In this document: positions 1 to 9,003 of the stretch, in pieces
Position numbering within the stretch: the first letter of the stretch is position 1
How the letters are laid out: each line of letters opens with the position of its first letter
Assembly (NCBI GenBank): GCA_051439605.1
Contig: JBFRWN010000022.1
Coordinates: 1-25,813, forward strand
Source: Synechococcus sp.
GTDB lineage: Bacteria > Cyanobacteriota > Cyanobacteriia > Thermostichales > PCC-7336
Length of the DNA stretch: 25,813 nt
Reading direction: 5' to 3'
Notes under the pieces: generated by a model
Databases searched by the model: none
Seen by the model: only the letters and a program-made list of their open reading frames with translations
What the model was told of the DNA's origin: nothing
Program-made: the position numbers and the translations under genes

Positions 1-423
1 AGCAAACCCAGCAAATCATCTGCACGTTCTATGGCAAGGGGCGTCAACATGACTTCAAGCTGTTCAAAGTCTCCGGAATTGAGTTCCATCCCGAGACCCG
101 AAGCTTGCAAGACAAGGCATATCAAGGGATTGCTGACTATCATGCCAACAGCTTCATCCCGAGGAAAAAGCCCCAGGGAGGGGAGCTTTCCTCTCTGGAG
201 AAGGCCTACAACCTAGAGTTGGCCCGCGAGCGCATTTGCATTGAACACGTCAATCGACGTCTCAAGATTTTTAAGATCTTGCGAGAGCGCTATCGCAATC
301 GCAGGCGCCGCTTTGGATTGCGTTGTAATTTGATTGCCGCTCTCTATAACTTCGAGTTGGCTGCAGTTTAACTCTTCTGCTGAAGCCCCCCACTCTACCA
401 CCTAATAATTTTGCAAGAGGTCT
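1..423 (+). mobile_element. Right portion of an IS5-family (ISL2/IS702-like) insertion sequence, truncated by the window start
   Basis: A DDE transposase C-terminus is followed by TAATTTTGCAAGAGGTCT (406-423), which resembles the terminal inverted repeat I recall for cyanobacterial ISL2-group elements. The end is uncertain by 1-2 nt and the left IR is outside the window. Confidence 0.8.
3..371 (+). CDS. IS5-family DDE transposase, C-terminal part (5' partial)
   Basis: The frame is open from nt 3: QTQQIICTFYGKGRQHDFKLF...DKAYQG...IPRKKP...RERICIEHVNRRLKIFKIL..RYRNRRRRFGLRCNLIAALYN. The HD, DxxYQG and IEH motifs fit DDE_Tnp_4-type transposases. The track's TTG start at 105 is internal. Confidence 0.9.
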   Translation, partial: QTQQIICTFYGKGRQHDFKLFKVSGIEFHPETRSLQDKAYQGIADYHANSFIPRKKPQGGELSSLEKAYNLELARERICIEHVNRRLKIFKILRERYRNRRRRFGLRCNLIAALYNFELAAV

Positions 424-426
424 ACG

Positions 427-2628
427 CTACACCAAGGGTTGATTGTTCGTACGATGAATAGCCACGATCGCTGGGCGTGGTGCAGCATTGGCAGTATTTG
501 CCGGCCAGTTGGAGCCCAAAGGAACCTCCCGTTTTTGGGTGAATGGTGTGCCGCTGGTGGTCAGCATTTCGTACTCGCGGGTTTCAGCCGCCATATCTTT
601 GCGAATACCGTTTGCCTCCCCCGGGTGTTGTGCTGCTAGGAACAGCGTGCTGTTATCGGTGGTAATAAAGGGGCCGGTCATCTCTGATTCCATCGGACCG
701 AAGGCAAATAGGTAGGCCTGTCCGGCAAATTCACCAGAAGTGGGAATATACCAAACGGAGTTGTTGCCATACAGCCCGCGCAGACTAGATTGGCTGATGG
801 CACTCCCTTCTTCATCAACCCGACCAGCGGGAACGGGCTTGTTATGCCGACTGGTGGACATATCCGTCACCATCCACAGGCCGCCGTCGCTGTCAAACTC
901 CAGATTGTCAGGGTTTGCAAAGCCCAAACCACCCTCTGCCGGTTCTCCCCCCACAGCAATTCTCTCCCACGTGAAGGCCATGGCTCCAGGGCTGTTGTCC
1001 GCCTCAACAATCTTGAAAATCCAGCCGTATTCACTGGGCTCGCCATTGACGCTAAAAATGTCTTTGGCGGGGCCGCCATCCCCGCCCGGTGAGCCTGAGG
1101 TAAAGGCGACGTACAGGCTACCGTCGGGTGCAATATCGGTATCTTCGGGACGGGCGGTGGTGGTGGCTCCTGCCGCATTGGCCGCATAGTGGGCATCGAT
1201 GAGGATGGCCCCCTGTTTTTCTTCAGCAGTCCCTTCGTACAAATCCCCTAAGGTAGAGTGCTTCGACCGGAAAGTGGCGATTTCTCCGTTCGAAGTCGCC
1301 TTGTAAAACCCTCCATCGGGGCGCAGGGGAAGGGTGACAAAAGACTCGCTATCTTCACCAAAGACGTCGCTGGGACGTACCGGTTTTACTGGAGTATCGG
1401 GGTTGAGGGCAATCCACTCTCCCGTGCCATCTTGGCTGAACTTGGCGGCATACAACATGCCATCTTTCATCAGAGCTGAGTTGGCTTTATCCTTAGGGTC
1501 AGCAACTGTCCCTGCACTCACAAACTTGTACAGGTGCCCGCCTCGGCGATCGCAGCCGGAGTACACCGCCAAAGGTTCACCTGCCACCGCTCGAACCGCA
1601 ACCGCTTCGTGGCGAAAACGCCCTAGCCAGCTGTGCTTGGTGCCGTAATCTTCGGGATTGGCGGGGTCAACCTCCACCATCCAGCCATATTTGTTGCCCG
1701 CTAGGCCGAAGGTATTGCCGTGCCCTACGAAATTGCTGTCGTTGATAACAGCTGGAAATTGAGATGGACTGGGGGACGAGCCATCTGCAAACACAGGCTC
1801 GATGACTTGGCTTTGGAAGTTTTCTTCGGCGCTGAGCACTGTCCCCCAAGGAGTGGTGCCGCCAGCACAATTTGCAAAAGAGCCGATAATTTTCGAACCC
1901 AGACCGTCGTCGTAACCCAACCGGCTCGTTTTCTCAAATACCGCAGCGGAAGGGCCGGTGGTCTTGAGGTACCGATCGTCCTCTAAACCAGAGATTCCTG
2001 TAATGCGGCGATCGGCCTCGGAGAAGGTGCGCTCCCACTTTCCGTTAGCGGTGCGGCGCACTGAAATAACTCCTAACCCTTGATCGATCATCGCCTCTTT
2101 GGCTGCCGCCACCAGCTCAACTTTGATGGGGTCATCGTCCGCCAATTTGAAGGCGTCGAGCGCCCCCTCTTCGTCAGTAGCAGTCAGAACAGAACTCAGT
2201 TCTAGAGTGCCTCCTACGACAGCAGGATAAGTTGCTCGCCAGGTGGCTCCACTTATGTACTCAAAATTAATGGTGAGAAATCCTTCGTTGGGGGCGGTTT
2301 CGACATATGAGATGTAGTCATTGTTGAATCCGAAGCGGGAATCTCCCACTTCGTCACCCCAAGCAGCTATCACGTCGTAGGTAAAACCGTCTGGCAGAAC
2401 GATGTCATCGGCCACGGAAAATTCGGAATAGGCAGCAATTTCGGCCTCTTCTCCCTCAATTCCGTCCGTGAATAGCGGCATAGTGCCCAGCAGTGTGGGG
2501 AAAGGGAACGCTGCCGCTCGGACAACACCTGCTCCGGGAGTGATGGGGAACTGAATCAAGTTGGAGGCAGCAGTTGCACCGGCACTAGCTCCCAAAAACA
2601 TGAGGAACTGTCTGCGATTAAATTTCAT
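427..2628 (-). CDS. phoX: PhoX-family (DUF839) alkaline phosphatase, Tat-exported
   Basis: Twin-arginine signal NRRQFL; PhoX motifs GFNNDY, NCAGGTTPWGTVLSAEENF, GRFRHEA, RPED, NPDNL, EMTGP and QHPGE; upstream Pho box. Confidence 0.93.
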   Translation of the reverse strand: MKFNRRQFLMFLGASAGATAASNLIQFPITPGAGVVRAAAFPFPTLLGTMPLFTDGIEGEEAEIAAYSEFSVADDIVLPDGFTYDVIAAWGDEVGDSRFGFNNDYISYVETAPNEGFLTINFEYISGATWRATYPAVVGGTLELSSVLTATDEEGALDAFKLADDDPIKVELVAAAKEAMIDQGLGVISVRRTANGKWERTFSEADRRITGISGLEDDRYLKTTGPSAAVFEKTSRLGYDDGLGSKIIGSFANCAGGTTPWGTVLSAEENFQSQVIEPVFADGSSPSPSQFPAVINDSNFVGHGNTFGLAGNKYGWMVEVDPANPEDYGTKHSWLGRFRHEAVAVRAVAGEPLAVYSGCDRRGGHLYKFVSAGTVADPKDKANSALMKDGMLYAAKFSQDGTGEWIALNPDTPVKPVRPSDVFGEDSESFVTLPLRPDGGFYKATSNGEIATFRSKHSTLGDLYEGTAEEKQGAILIDAHYAANAAGATTTARPEDTDIAPDGSLYVAFTSGSPGGDGGPAKDIFSVNGEPSEYGWIFKIVEADNSPGAMAFTWERIAVGGEPAEGGLGFANPDNLEFDSDGGLWMVTDMSTSRHNKPVPAGRVDEEGSAISQSSLRGLYGNNSVWYIPTSGEFAGQAYLFAFGPMESEMTGPFITTDNSTLFLAAQHPGEANGIRKDMAAETREYEMLTTSGTPFTQKREVPLGSNWPANTANAAPRPAIVAIHRTNNQPLV

Positions 2629-2683
2629 GAATCCGGATATTAATAGCTTCTAGATGTCATCCTGCTGGAGGTTGTCGAGAAAT

Positions 2684-2713
2684 GCGTTATAGGAAGGTTA
2701 ACGGAGATTTAAA
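2684..2713 (-). promoter_or_regulatory. Putative Pho box (SphR/PhoB site) upstream of phoX
   Basis: The minus strand reads TTTAAATC-tcc-GTTAACCT-tcc-TATAACGC: three 8-mers at an 11-bp period resembling the cyanobacterial YTTAAYYW consensus, ending 55 nt before the phoX ATG. Confidence 0.75.
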
Positions 2714-2840
2714 TGTCGATCGCCCATCCATTGTTTAAGTTTTGAGATGATGGCAAAAGTTTTGTTGGGAGAAGAATCCCTGCTGCACAGGGTACCAATC
2801 CAATCTGTACGAGACGGTGACGACTCTGGCAGGGGGAACG

Positions 2841-3950
2841 CTAGCGAGGATAAAAGGGACGCTTGACCGTCACCGCAGGACAGACCCTACCACGAATGTT
2901 AATGCCTACACTGTTCCCTGACTTCGCCAATTTGGGGGGTAAATATGCGATCGCGATGCCTTTGCCCAACATGGGGGATTTTGTGCCGCTGACCACGGTG
3001 CCGACAACCTCTCCATCCATCACCACGTCGTAGCCAGGTCGGGCAATTTCGCGGCTCTCCATCATCACCCAAGCCAGCTTGCGAGTCAGTCCCTCAGCCT
3101 TTTGTTGTTCCAGCACCCCTCGACCCATAAATTCACCCTTGCGCCCTAGATGGACTAACCATCCTAAGGATGCCTCCAGCGGAGTTGTATCGTCGTCCAT
3201 ATCTTGACCGTATAGGTGCAGGGATGCTTCTAACCTGAGGGTATCGCGACAACCCAATCCACAGGGGGTGACGCCAGCTTTCAGCAATTGCTCCCACAGC
3301 CATGTGCCAGCCTCAATGGGTAGCATGACCTCAAATCCGTCCTCCCCCGTGTATCCCGTGCGGGCTACAAACGCAGTTCCCTGTCCTCCTTTGAGGGTTA
3401 TGGTAGCGTGGCAAAATTTGGCGATCCCCTGCAAATCCTCTTCTACGAGTGCTTGCATTGCCGCTTCCGACTGCGGCCCCTGCACAGCCAATAAAATGCG
3501 TTCTGCTGACAAGTCAATTAGTTCTACATCCTGCAAATGCTGGAGCAACCAATTGCGATCTTTCTCGCTGGTGGCCGCATTCACAATGATGGGCCAAGAT
3601 TCCCAGTCTTTACGAACTGGGTCGGCTCCGGCAAAATACACAATTAGATCGTCGACGATGCCGCCCTTCTCGTTTAGCAGCACCGTGTACCGTCCCTGAC
3701 CAGCTTCTAAATCCTCTAGTGAACTGGGAACAAGCGCCTCTAGCTGCGATCGCACATTGGCCCCGTGCAGCACGAATTTGCCCATATGGGAAATATCAAA
3801 CACCCCCGCTGTCTCCCTAACTGCGCGGTGCTCCGCCAGAGTGCCGGAATATTGCAGCGGCATTTCCCAGCCACTAAAGGGCACCATGCGGGCCCCCAAT
3901 GCAACGTGGCGATTGTACAAAGGCGTGCGAGATAAAGGTTTGGAAGACAT
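2841..3950 (-). CDS. gcvT: Glycine cleavage system aminomethyltransferase T
   Basis: Motifs RTPLY, FSGWEMPLQY, FDISHMG, ARTGYTGEDGFE, GLGCRDTLRLEA and C-terminal KRPFY; 369 aa. Confidence 0.97.
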   Translation of the reverse strand: MSSKPLSRTPLYNRHVALGARMVPFSGWEMPLQYSGTLAEHRAVRETAGVFDISHMGKFVLHGANVRSQLEALVPSSLEDLEAGQGRYTVLLNEKGGIVDDLIVYFAGADPVRKDWESWPIIVNAATSEKDRNWLLQHLQDVELIDLSAERILLAVQGPQSEAAMQALVEEDLQGIAKFCHATITLKGGQGTAFVARTGYTGEDGFEVMLPIEAGTWLWEQLLKAGVTPCGLGCRDTLRLEASLHLYGQDMDDDTTPLEASLGWLVHLGRKGEFMGRGVLEQQKAEGLTRKLAWVMMESREIARPGYDVVMDGEVVGTVVSGTKSPMLGKGIAIAYLPPKLAKSGNSVGINIRGRVCPAVTVKRPFYPR

Positions 3951-4025
3951 GGGGAAGCTAAACGGGTGAAACCTGGAGTCACGCTACCATGGCAGGTGAC
4001 ACGCCAGAGTCAGTGAGAACGGCAC

Positions 4026-4451
4026 ATGCGAATTCTGCACACAATGCTGAGGGTGGGAGATCTAGATCGTTCCCTCCAGTTTTATTGCGATGTTTTGGGC
4101 ATGCAGCTCCTGCGCAAAAAAGATTACCCCGGTGGAAAATTCACGCTTGCATTTGTGGGGTACGGTCCAGAGTCGGAAGGAGCAGTTATCGAACTCACCT
4201 ACAACTGGGGCACCGAAAGGTACGACATCGGCGATGGTTACGGCCACATCGCGCTGGGGGTAGATAATATTTACGATACCTGCGACGCGATTAAAGCCCG
4301 TGGAGGAGAAGTCACTCGCGAACCTGGCCCCATGAAGCACGGCACCACGGTAATTGCATTTGTGAAAGACCCTGACGGTTACAATATCGAGTTGATTCAG
4401 CGCAAGGCGGAAACGTCTTCACAGCCGGAAATGGCCACTGTTGCTAGCTAG
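4026..4451 (+). CDS. gloA: Lactoylglutathione lyase (glyoxalase I)
   Basis: [56 protein letters not shown]. Confidence 0.97.
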   Translation: MRILHTMLRVGDLDRSLQFYCDVLGMQLLRKKDYPGGKFTLAFVGYGPESEGAVIELTYNWGTERYDIGDGYGHIALGVDNIYDTCDAIKARGGEVTREPGPMKHGTTVIAFVKDPDGYNIELIQRKAETSSQPEMATVAS

Positions 4452-4482
4452 CTTGGAGATCGGCTCTGCGAACAGCCTTCAG

Positions 4483-4512
4483 AAATAGAAAAGGGAGGTC
4501 AATGGCCTCCCT
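4483..4512 (-). terminator. Intrinsic terminator for the ccmK3-ccmK4 transcript, possibly bidirectional with gloA
   Basis: The minus strand reads AGGGAGG-CCATTGA-CCTCCCT followed by TTTCTATTT, between convergent genes. Confidence 0.65.
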
Positions 4513-4539
4513 AAACGCTTAATACATGAAAATACCAAT

Positions 4540-4884
4540 CTATCTACCGGGTAAGAACGAAGCGCTCTCCGTTGATTCGCGGTAGGGCAGAGACTCTTCG
4601 GTATAGTCAATCGGTAAAATCGCTACGACGTTCTCGTGGGGACGGGGCACAATCACCCAAGACTCCAAAGAACCTCCGGGGGCGTTTTCAACTGCTGCTA
4701 CGCCAGCCTCCATCGCAATTTTGACTTCGGATACGTCGCCACGCACTACGATGAAGAACCGCGCACTACCGGCACGGCTATAGTAAGTCAAAGTGACGCG
4801 ACCCGCCTTAACCATGGCATCCGCTGCCGCCAGAATGCCTGGGAAACCTTTTGTTTCAATTGAACCAACTGCTTTTTGCGTCAT
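4540..4884 (-). CDS. ccmK4: Beta-carboxysome shell protein CcmK4 (BMC-H)
   Basis: AVGSIETKGFPGILAAADAMVKAGRVT, pore loop RAGSARF and IVPRPHENV; second gene of the pair; AGGAGA ribosome-binding site upstream. Confidence 0.9.
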   Translation of the reverse strand: MTQKAVGSIETKGFPGILAAADAMVKAGRVTLTYYSRAGSARFFIVVRGDVSEVKIAMEAGVAAVENAPGGSLESWVIVPRPHENVVAILPIDYTEESLPYRESTESASFLPGR

Positions 4885-4988
4885 GCTAATGGGTCTCCTT
4901 CGACTACTGACAAGATGACTTCAGAGAATTTGAATTCTGAGAATGGGTGAACGGGTAACAAGTACAAAGAAAAAGCTTGGGCAGCAAT

Positions 4989-5297
4989 TTAGCGGAATGG
5001 CTCGTCCGCCTCGGTGTACTCAATCGGTAAGACCGACACGATGTTTTCTGGCGGATTGGGCACGATGTAGTGGTTGAGGACAGATGCCCCGACTGCATAT
5101 CGATCTACCGCTTCTAACCCCGCCGCCATGGCCTGCTTCACTTCAGAAACGCTCCCGCGTATAGCCACAAAGTACTGACCGCTTTCAGAGCCAGCAAAGG
5201 TGACAAGAGTAACCTTGGCCCCTTTAACCATGGCGTCAGCCGCAGCCAGCACTCCTGGAAATCCAATCGTTTGGACGACGCCTACAGCATCGGGCAT
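4989..5297 (-). CDS. ccmK3: Beta-carboxysome shell protein CcmK3 (BMC-H)
   Basis: AVGVVQTIGFPGVLAAADAMVKG and HYIVPNPPENI are CcmK3-type. ATG at 5297 is preferred to TTG at 5303 because AGGA lies 9 nt upstream of the ATG. Confidence 0.88.
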   Translation of the reverse strand: MPDAVGVVQTIGFPGVLAAADAMVKGAKVTLVTFAGSESGQYFVAIRGSVSEVKQAMAAGLEAVDRYAVGASVLNHYIVPNPPENIVSVLPIEYTEADEPFR

Positions 5298-5557
5298 GAG
5301 CAAGGTTCCTCGAAGTTAGCAGACTTATTGTACGGAGTTTGGTTCGACCCAGTTGTCTTCAGGGGCAAACGTTACCTACCCCCATCGTTATCCGAATTTT
5401 CTTAACACTCTGTCAATATGTTTGAGGTTATCGGGTCGTTTTATTTTATTTATGGGCAGCTTGAAATAGATTAGGCCTATAGCTCCAGTGAGCCTTTCTG
5501 TGTCGGATTTTGTTGTAGCAAAACTCAGGGGACACAGCTGGATTGTGACCGCAGAAA

Positions 5558-7948
5558 CTACCTAGGGAGGGGGGCTGTTTTTGATGGGGCAAATAAGCTT
5601 TCCAGAGATTTAGCAGAACTGCGATACCAGCAGGACAAATTTTCAAGCTCTTTTTCTAGCGGGCGCGTTGCCGGAAATTGCTCACAGGGATATCCGAGCG
5701 ATCGCAGCCCCGCCACCAGAGTCGATGGAGCCACCCACCACTCTTGCGCTGCCTTCAGCAGATGAATCGTCGAGTCATGGCTCAGTTTTTCTTGCAGTCG
5801 TTGCTGGAGCTCTTGAGGGGTTAAGACCGGAACAGGTTGGGCGCATAGGGTGATGCGGTGTCCGAGAGGGGATGCTGGAGTGGATCGAGCCAGTAGCCAG
5901 CTTAAGTGGGTGCGAGATGGGGGCATGGTCCACAACACAATGCGATCGTAAGGGACTTCGGGGAGGGGACGATCGCAATGCACGGTACAGCGATCGTTAC
6001 TCATTGGCTGGGGGTGGCTGTAGCCGTAAAGCAAAATGGTGCCGCTAAAGCCTAGATTGTCGGCCTCACTAGAGGGTAATAGATTGATGGGGGTGCTGCA
6101 CTCCTTCCACCACAGAGGATAAGGAATGTCTGGTGCTGGGACGTAATGGAGGACCGGCTGCTTCTTTGAGGGCTGCGACCTGCCGGCGGGGGTTGCCGAG
6201 ACTTGAGGCTTGCTTGCTCGAATTCCCTTGACCTCAAGCTCGATCGCTACTTCTCCCTGCCATTGGTTCTGTCGTAACGCAAACGCAATGTCAACGGTAT
6301 TGGGCAGCGGATAGCTGTCGCCAGCACGCCAAGCGATCGCCGTTTTTGGGGTTCCCCCTTGCTGCGATCTAACCTGGAGTTTGAGGTGAGCTCTTTCTTT
6401 GCCAATTTGTCGCTGGTTGGCCACCTCCAAATTTCGCATGGCAAAGATTGGCTCGCGATTACCGATGCCATAGGGCTGCAATAGCTGCAAGCAATCAAAT
6501 AGTTCGGCATTAATGTCGCCAGGTACTAACTCTGCATCGATCTCCACTAGCGGGCACAGATCGTCCGGTTCCAAGACAGAATGGGCGTAATCTTGTAGCC
6601 CCTCCTGCAACTCCGTCCAGTTACTTGCGGGCATTGAAAACCCACCTGCTGCCGGATGTCCCCCATACTTTTCGAACAGATCGTGACAATGTTGTAGAGC
6701 CTCAAACACGTTAAACCCTGAGATACCCCGCGCTGACCCCCGCACGTTGTCCCCCTCCCTGGCCCCGATAAACACCGGCACGCAATACCGCTCCAGCAAG
6801 CGCGAAGCCACGATCCCAATCACCCCGTGGTGCCACCCCTCCCCCAACAACACGAGAACGCGATCGCGTTTGGGGTCAATCCCCAGCTGCTCAATTTGGG
6901 CGAGGGCCGCTGCTTCGATATCGCTGCACAGTTGGCGTCGCTGCTGATTGAGCTGCTCGCACTCCATCGCCTTTTCAAGGGCTATGCCTTCATCGTCCGT
7001 GGTGAGCAATTCGATGACAACCGAGGGTTGAGCCAACCGTCCTACGGCATTGATGCGCGGTCCCAACCCGAAGCCGATCGCCTCTGGCTGGAGGGTTTCC
7101 CGCCGCTCGCTCAGCCCCGTGACCTGCATTAGGGCTTGAATGCCTGTTATCTGCGATTGGGGCAATAGGGCTAGCCCTTGTTTCACCCAGCGTCGGTTAA
7201 TCTCGGTCAGGGGGGCCAAGTCGGCAATTGTCCCTAATGTCAGAAGTTCCAGCAGCGGGCGAGCCAGTCGCTGCCTCTCTCCAAACCGCTCCGCCAGTTC
7301 CAGTGCCAGCAAGTAGGCCACCCCTACCCCCGCCATACCGGCATAGGGGGATTCACTGCGAGCAATTAGCTTGGGATTTAAGATGGCCTCCGCAGGAGGC
7401 AATTGAGGCGGAATGTCGTGGTGATCGGTGACGATAATTTTCAGCCCTAAATCGCGGGCGAGAGCAATGGGTTTGAGAGCAGCAATGCCGTTGTCAACGG
7501 TGACAATCGCTGCCACCCCTTCGGCATGTAGCTGTCGTACCATGCGTTCGTTGATGCCGTATCCCTCGGTCATGCGACTAGGAATGTCATATCGGGTGCT
7601 TCCCCCCAAGTGGCGAAAGGTGCGCAGCAACAAGGCGGTACTGGTCATACCGTCGGCATCGTAGTCGCCGCAAATGGCAATCTCTTGGCCATCGCGAATG
7701 GCTGAGGCAAGTAATTCAACGGCAATCGCCAGCTGGGGAAAATCATCCCCGGGGTCTGGCAGATCGACGCAACTGGGATTGATGAATTCTGCTGATGAGT
7801 CCACCCCCCGATTCGCCAGTATTCGCGCCAGAAGTGGATGAAAGTTGGTGCAATCGGGCACAACTTCGACCAGCGATGCTTGCAGCTCCGCAATGCAATC
7901 CCGATCGGGTGAAAGCACCTGCCAACGTTGTTTCAGAAGTTCCCCCAT
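5558..7948 (-). CDS. recJ: Single-stranded-DNA-specific exonuclease RecJ with C-terminal extension
   Basis: DHH-family motifs GDYDADG, EGYG, TVDNG, TDHH, GTIADL, GPRINAVGR, WHHGVIGIVASR, GSAR, GGHPAAGG and PYGIGN. Confidence 0.96.
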   Translation of the reverse strand: MGELLKQRWQVLSPDRDCIAELQASLVEVVPDCTNFHPLLARILANRGVDSSAEFINPSCVDLPDPGDDFPQLAIAVELLASAIRDGQEIAICGDYDADGMTSTALLLRTFRHLGGSTRYDIPSRMTEGYGINERMVRQLHAEGVAAIVTVDNGIAALKPIALARDLGLKIIVTDHHDIPPQLPPAEAILNPKLIARSESPYAGMAGVGVAYLLALELAERFGERQRLARPLLELLTLGTIADLAPLTEINRRWVKQGLALLPQSQITGIQALMQVTGLSERRETLQPEAIGFGLGPRINAVGRLAQPSVVIELLTTDDEGIALEKAMECEQLNQQRRQLCSDIEAAALAQIEQLGIDPKRDRVLVLLGEGWHHGVIGIVASRLLERYCVPVFIGAREGDNVRGSARGISGFNVFEALQHCHDLFEKYGGHPAAGGFSMPASNWTELQEGLQDYAHSVLEPDDLCPLVEIDAELVPGDINAELFDCLQLLQPYGIGNREPIFAMRNLEVANQRQIGKERAHLKLQVRSQQGGTPKTAIAWRAGDSYPLPNTVDIAFALRQNQWQGEVAIELEVKGIRASKPQVSATPAGRSQPSKKQPVLHYVPAPDIPYPLWWKECSTPINLLPSSEADNLGFSGTILLYGYSHPQPMSNDRCTVHCDRPLPEVPYDRIVLWTMPPSRTHLSWLLARSTPASPLGHRITLCAQPVPVLTPQELQQRLQEKLSHDSTIHLLKAAQEWWVAPSTLVAGLRSLGYPCEQFPATRPLEKELENLSCWYRSSAKSLESLFAPSKTAPLPR

Positions 7949-8193
7949 ACGATACTATGCCTCTTTTACTGTAGTGAAAACATGGAATGGGAACCTGTGT
8001 GCTGGCACCGAGCAACAAATGCGCTCAAACCAGCGGTGAATTAACCCTAAATCCCTCCTAAGCTGGCGACTTAACCCCAGTTAAAATGCGGGGGGTGCCA
8101 ACCGTCGGTTACAAGTTATGGGGTAAGGTATGATTCGGTTGTATGAAATTTTTCACAACTGAAATTCCAGGGCATAGGGAGTTCTAGGTCAGG

Positions 8194-8964
8194 ATGCAGC
8201 GACGTCATTTTCTGCAGGCCACGGGTTTATTGCTTGGAGGTCTGGGGGCTAGTGTAATATTGCCTCCACTGTCACAGGCGCAGACAAGCTCTTTGAATAT
8301 TCGCTGGCTATTTCATAGTTGCGTCCTATTTGAAGCAAATAACTTTAGAATTCTGGTCAATCCGTTTCGCCCCATCGGCTGCACGGAAGGGTATCCCGCC
8401 CCCAGCATCCCAGCCGATTTAGTTTTGCTAAGCAGTCGCCTGTTGGATGAAGGGGCCATCACCTCTGTGGTGGGCAACCCAAGAGTATTGTTCGAAGCCG
8501 GAGATTTTCGCTTAGGGGATTTAGGACTACAAGGGGTGCGGATGCCGCACGATGAATATAGTGGCAATCGATTTGGGTTTAACGTTGCCTGGCGCTGGAA
8601 AATGGCAGGCATCAATATCGTCCACTTAGGAGGCGCGGCAGCCCCGATTTCCCTCGAACAGAAAATTTTGCTGGGTAAGCCCGATCTCCTGTTTGTGCCA
8701 GTGGGGGGTGGTCCTAAGAATTACGACGCCCAGGAGGCAGTTGCCGCGATTGAGGTATTAAAGCCCAAGATAGTAGTGCCCACCATGTATCGTACGGCGG
8801 CTGCAGATGCTGAATGTGCGCTATCCGACGAAGAGGCTTTTTTACAACAGCTTTCAAGCATTGCTGTCGAGCGTCTAACTAGTAACCAACTCATATTGTC
8901 GACCAATGCCTTACCTGACCAAGGACCGATTGTCCAAGTCTTTCCAAAGTATTCGGTGTCCTAG
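8194..8964 (+). CDS. Tat-signal metallo-beta-lactamase-fold protein with degenerate metal-binding motif
   Basis: MQRRHFL signal with an AQA-like cleavage site (SQA). The fold pattern WLFHSC, NPF, PHD, HLGG, PDLLFVPVGG and PKIVVP is present, but SSRLLDEG replaces HxHxDH. Confidence 0.8.
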   Translation: MQRRHFLQATGLLLGGLGASVILPPLSQAQTSSLNIRWLFHSCVLFEANNFRILVNPFRPIGCTEGYPAPSIPADLVLLSSRLLDEGAITSVVGNPRVLFEAGDFRLGDLGLQGVRMPHDEYSGNRFGFNVAWRWKMAGINIVHLGGAAAPISLEQKILLGKPDLLFVPVGGGPKNYDAQEAVAAIEVLKPKIVVPTMYRTAAADAECALSDEEAFLQQLSSIAVERLTSNQLILSTNALPDQGPIVQVFPKYSVS

Positions 8965-9003
8965 CTTAGATGGTAACGGCTTTGTTTACGTGACTATTCC
9001 CTC

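Noticed and set aside
4026..5303. gloA plus BMC genes as a catabolic microcompartment
   Set aside because: The shell proteins are carboxysomal CcmK3/K4, are convergent with gloA behind a terminator, and have no signature enzymes nearby.
8038..8090. TTAA repeats resembling a Pho box between recJ and the MBL gene
   Set aside because: Spacings are 30 and 10 bp rather than 11 bp.
8121..8126. Other GGGTAA hexamers (about 4953, 8121 and 24675)
   Set aside because: They lack the CRGT extension and are not in front of motility genes. They also show that the hexamer alone is weak evidence.
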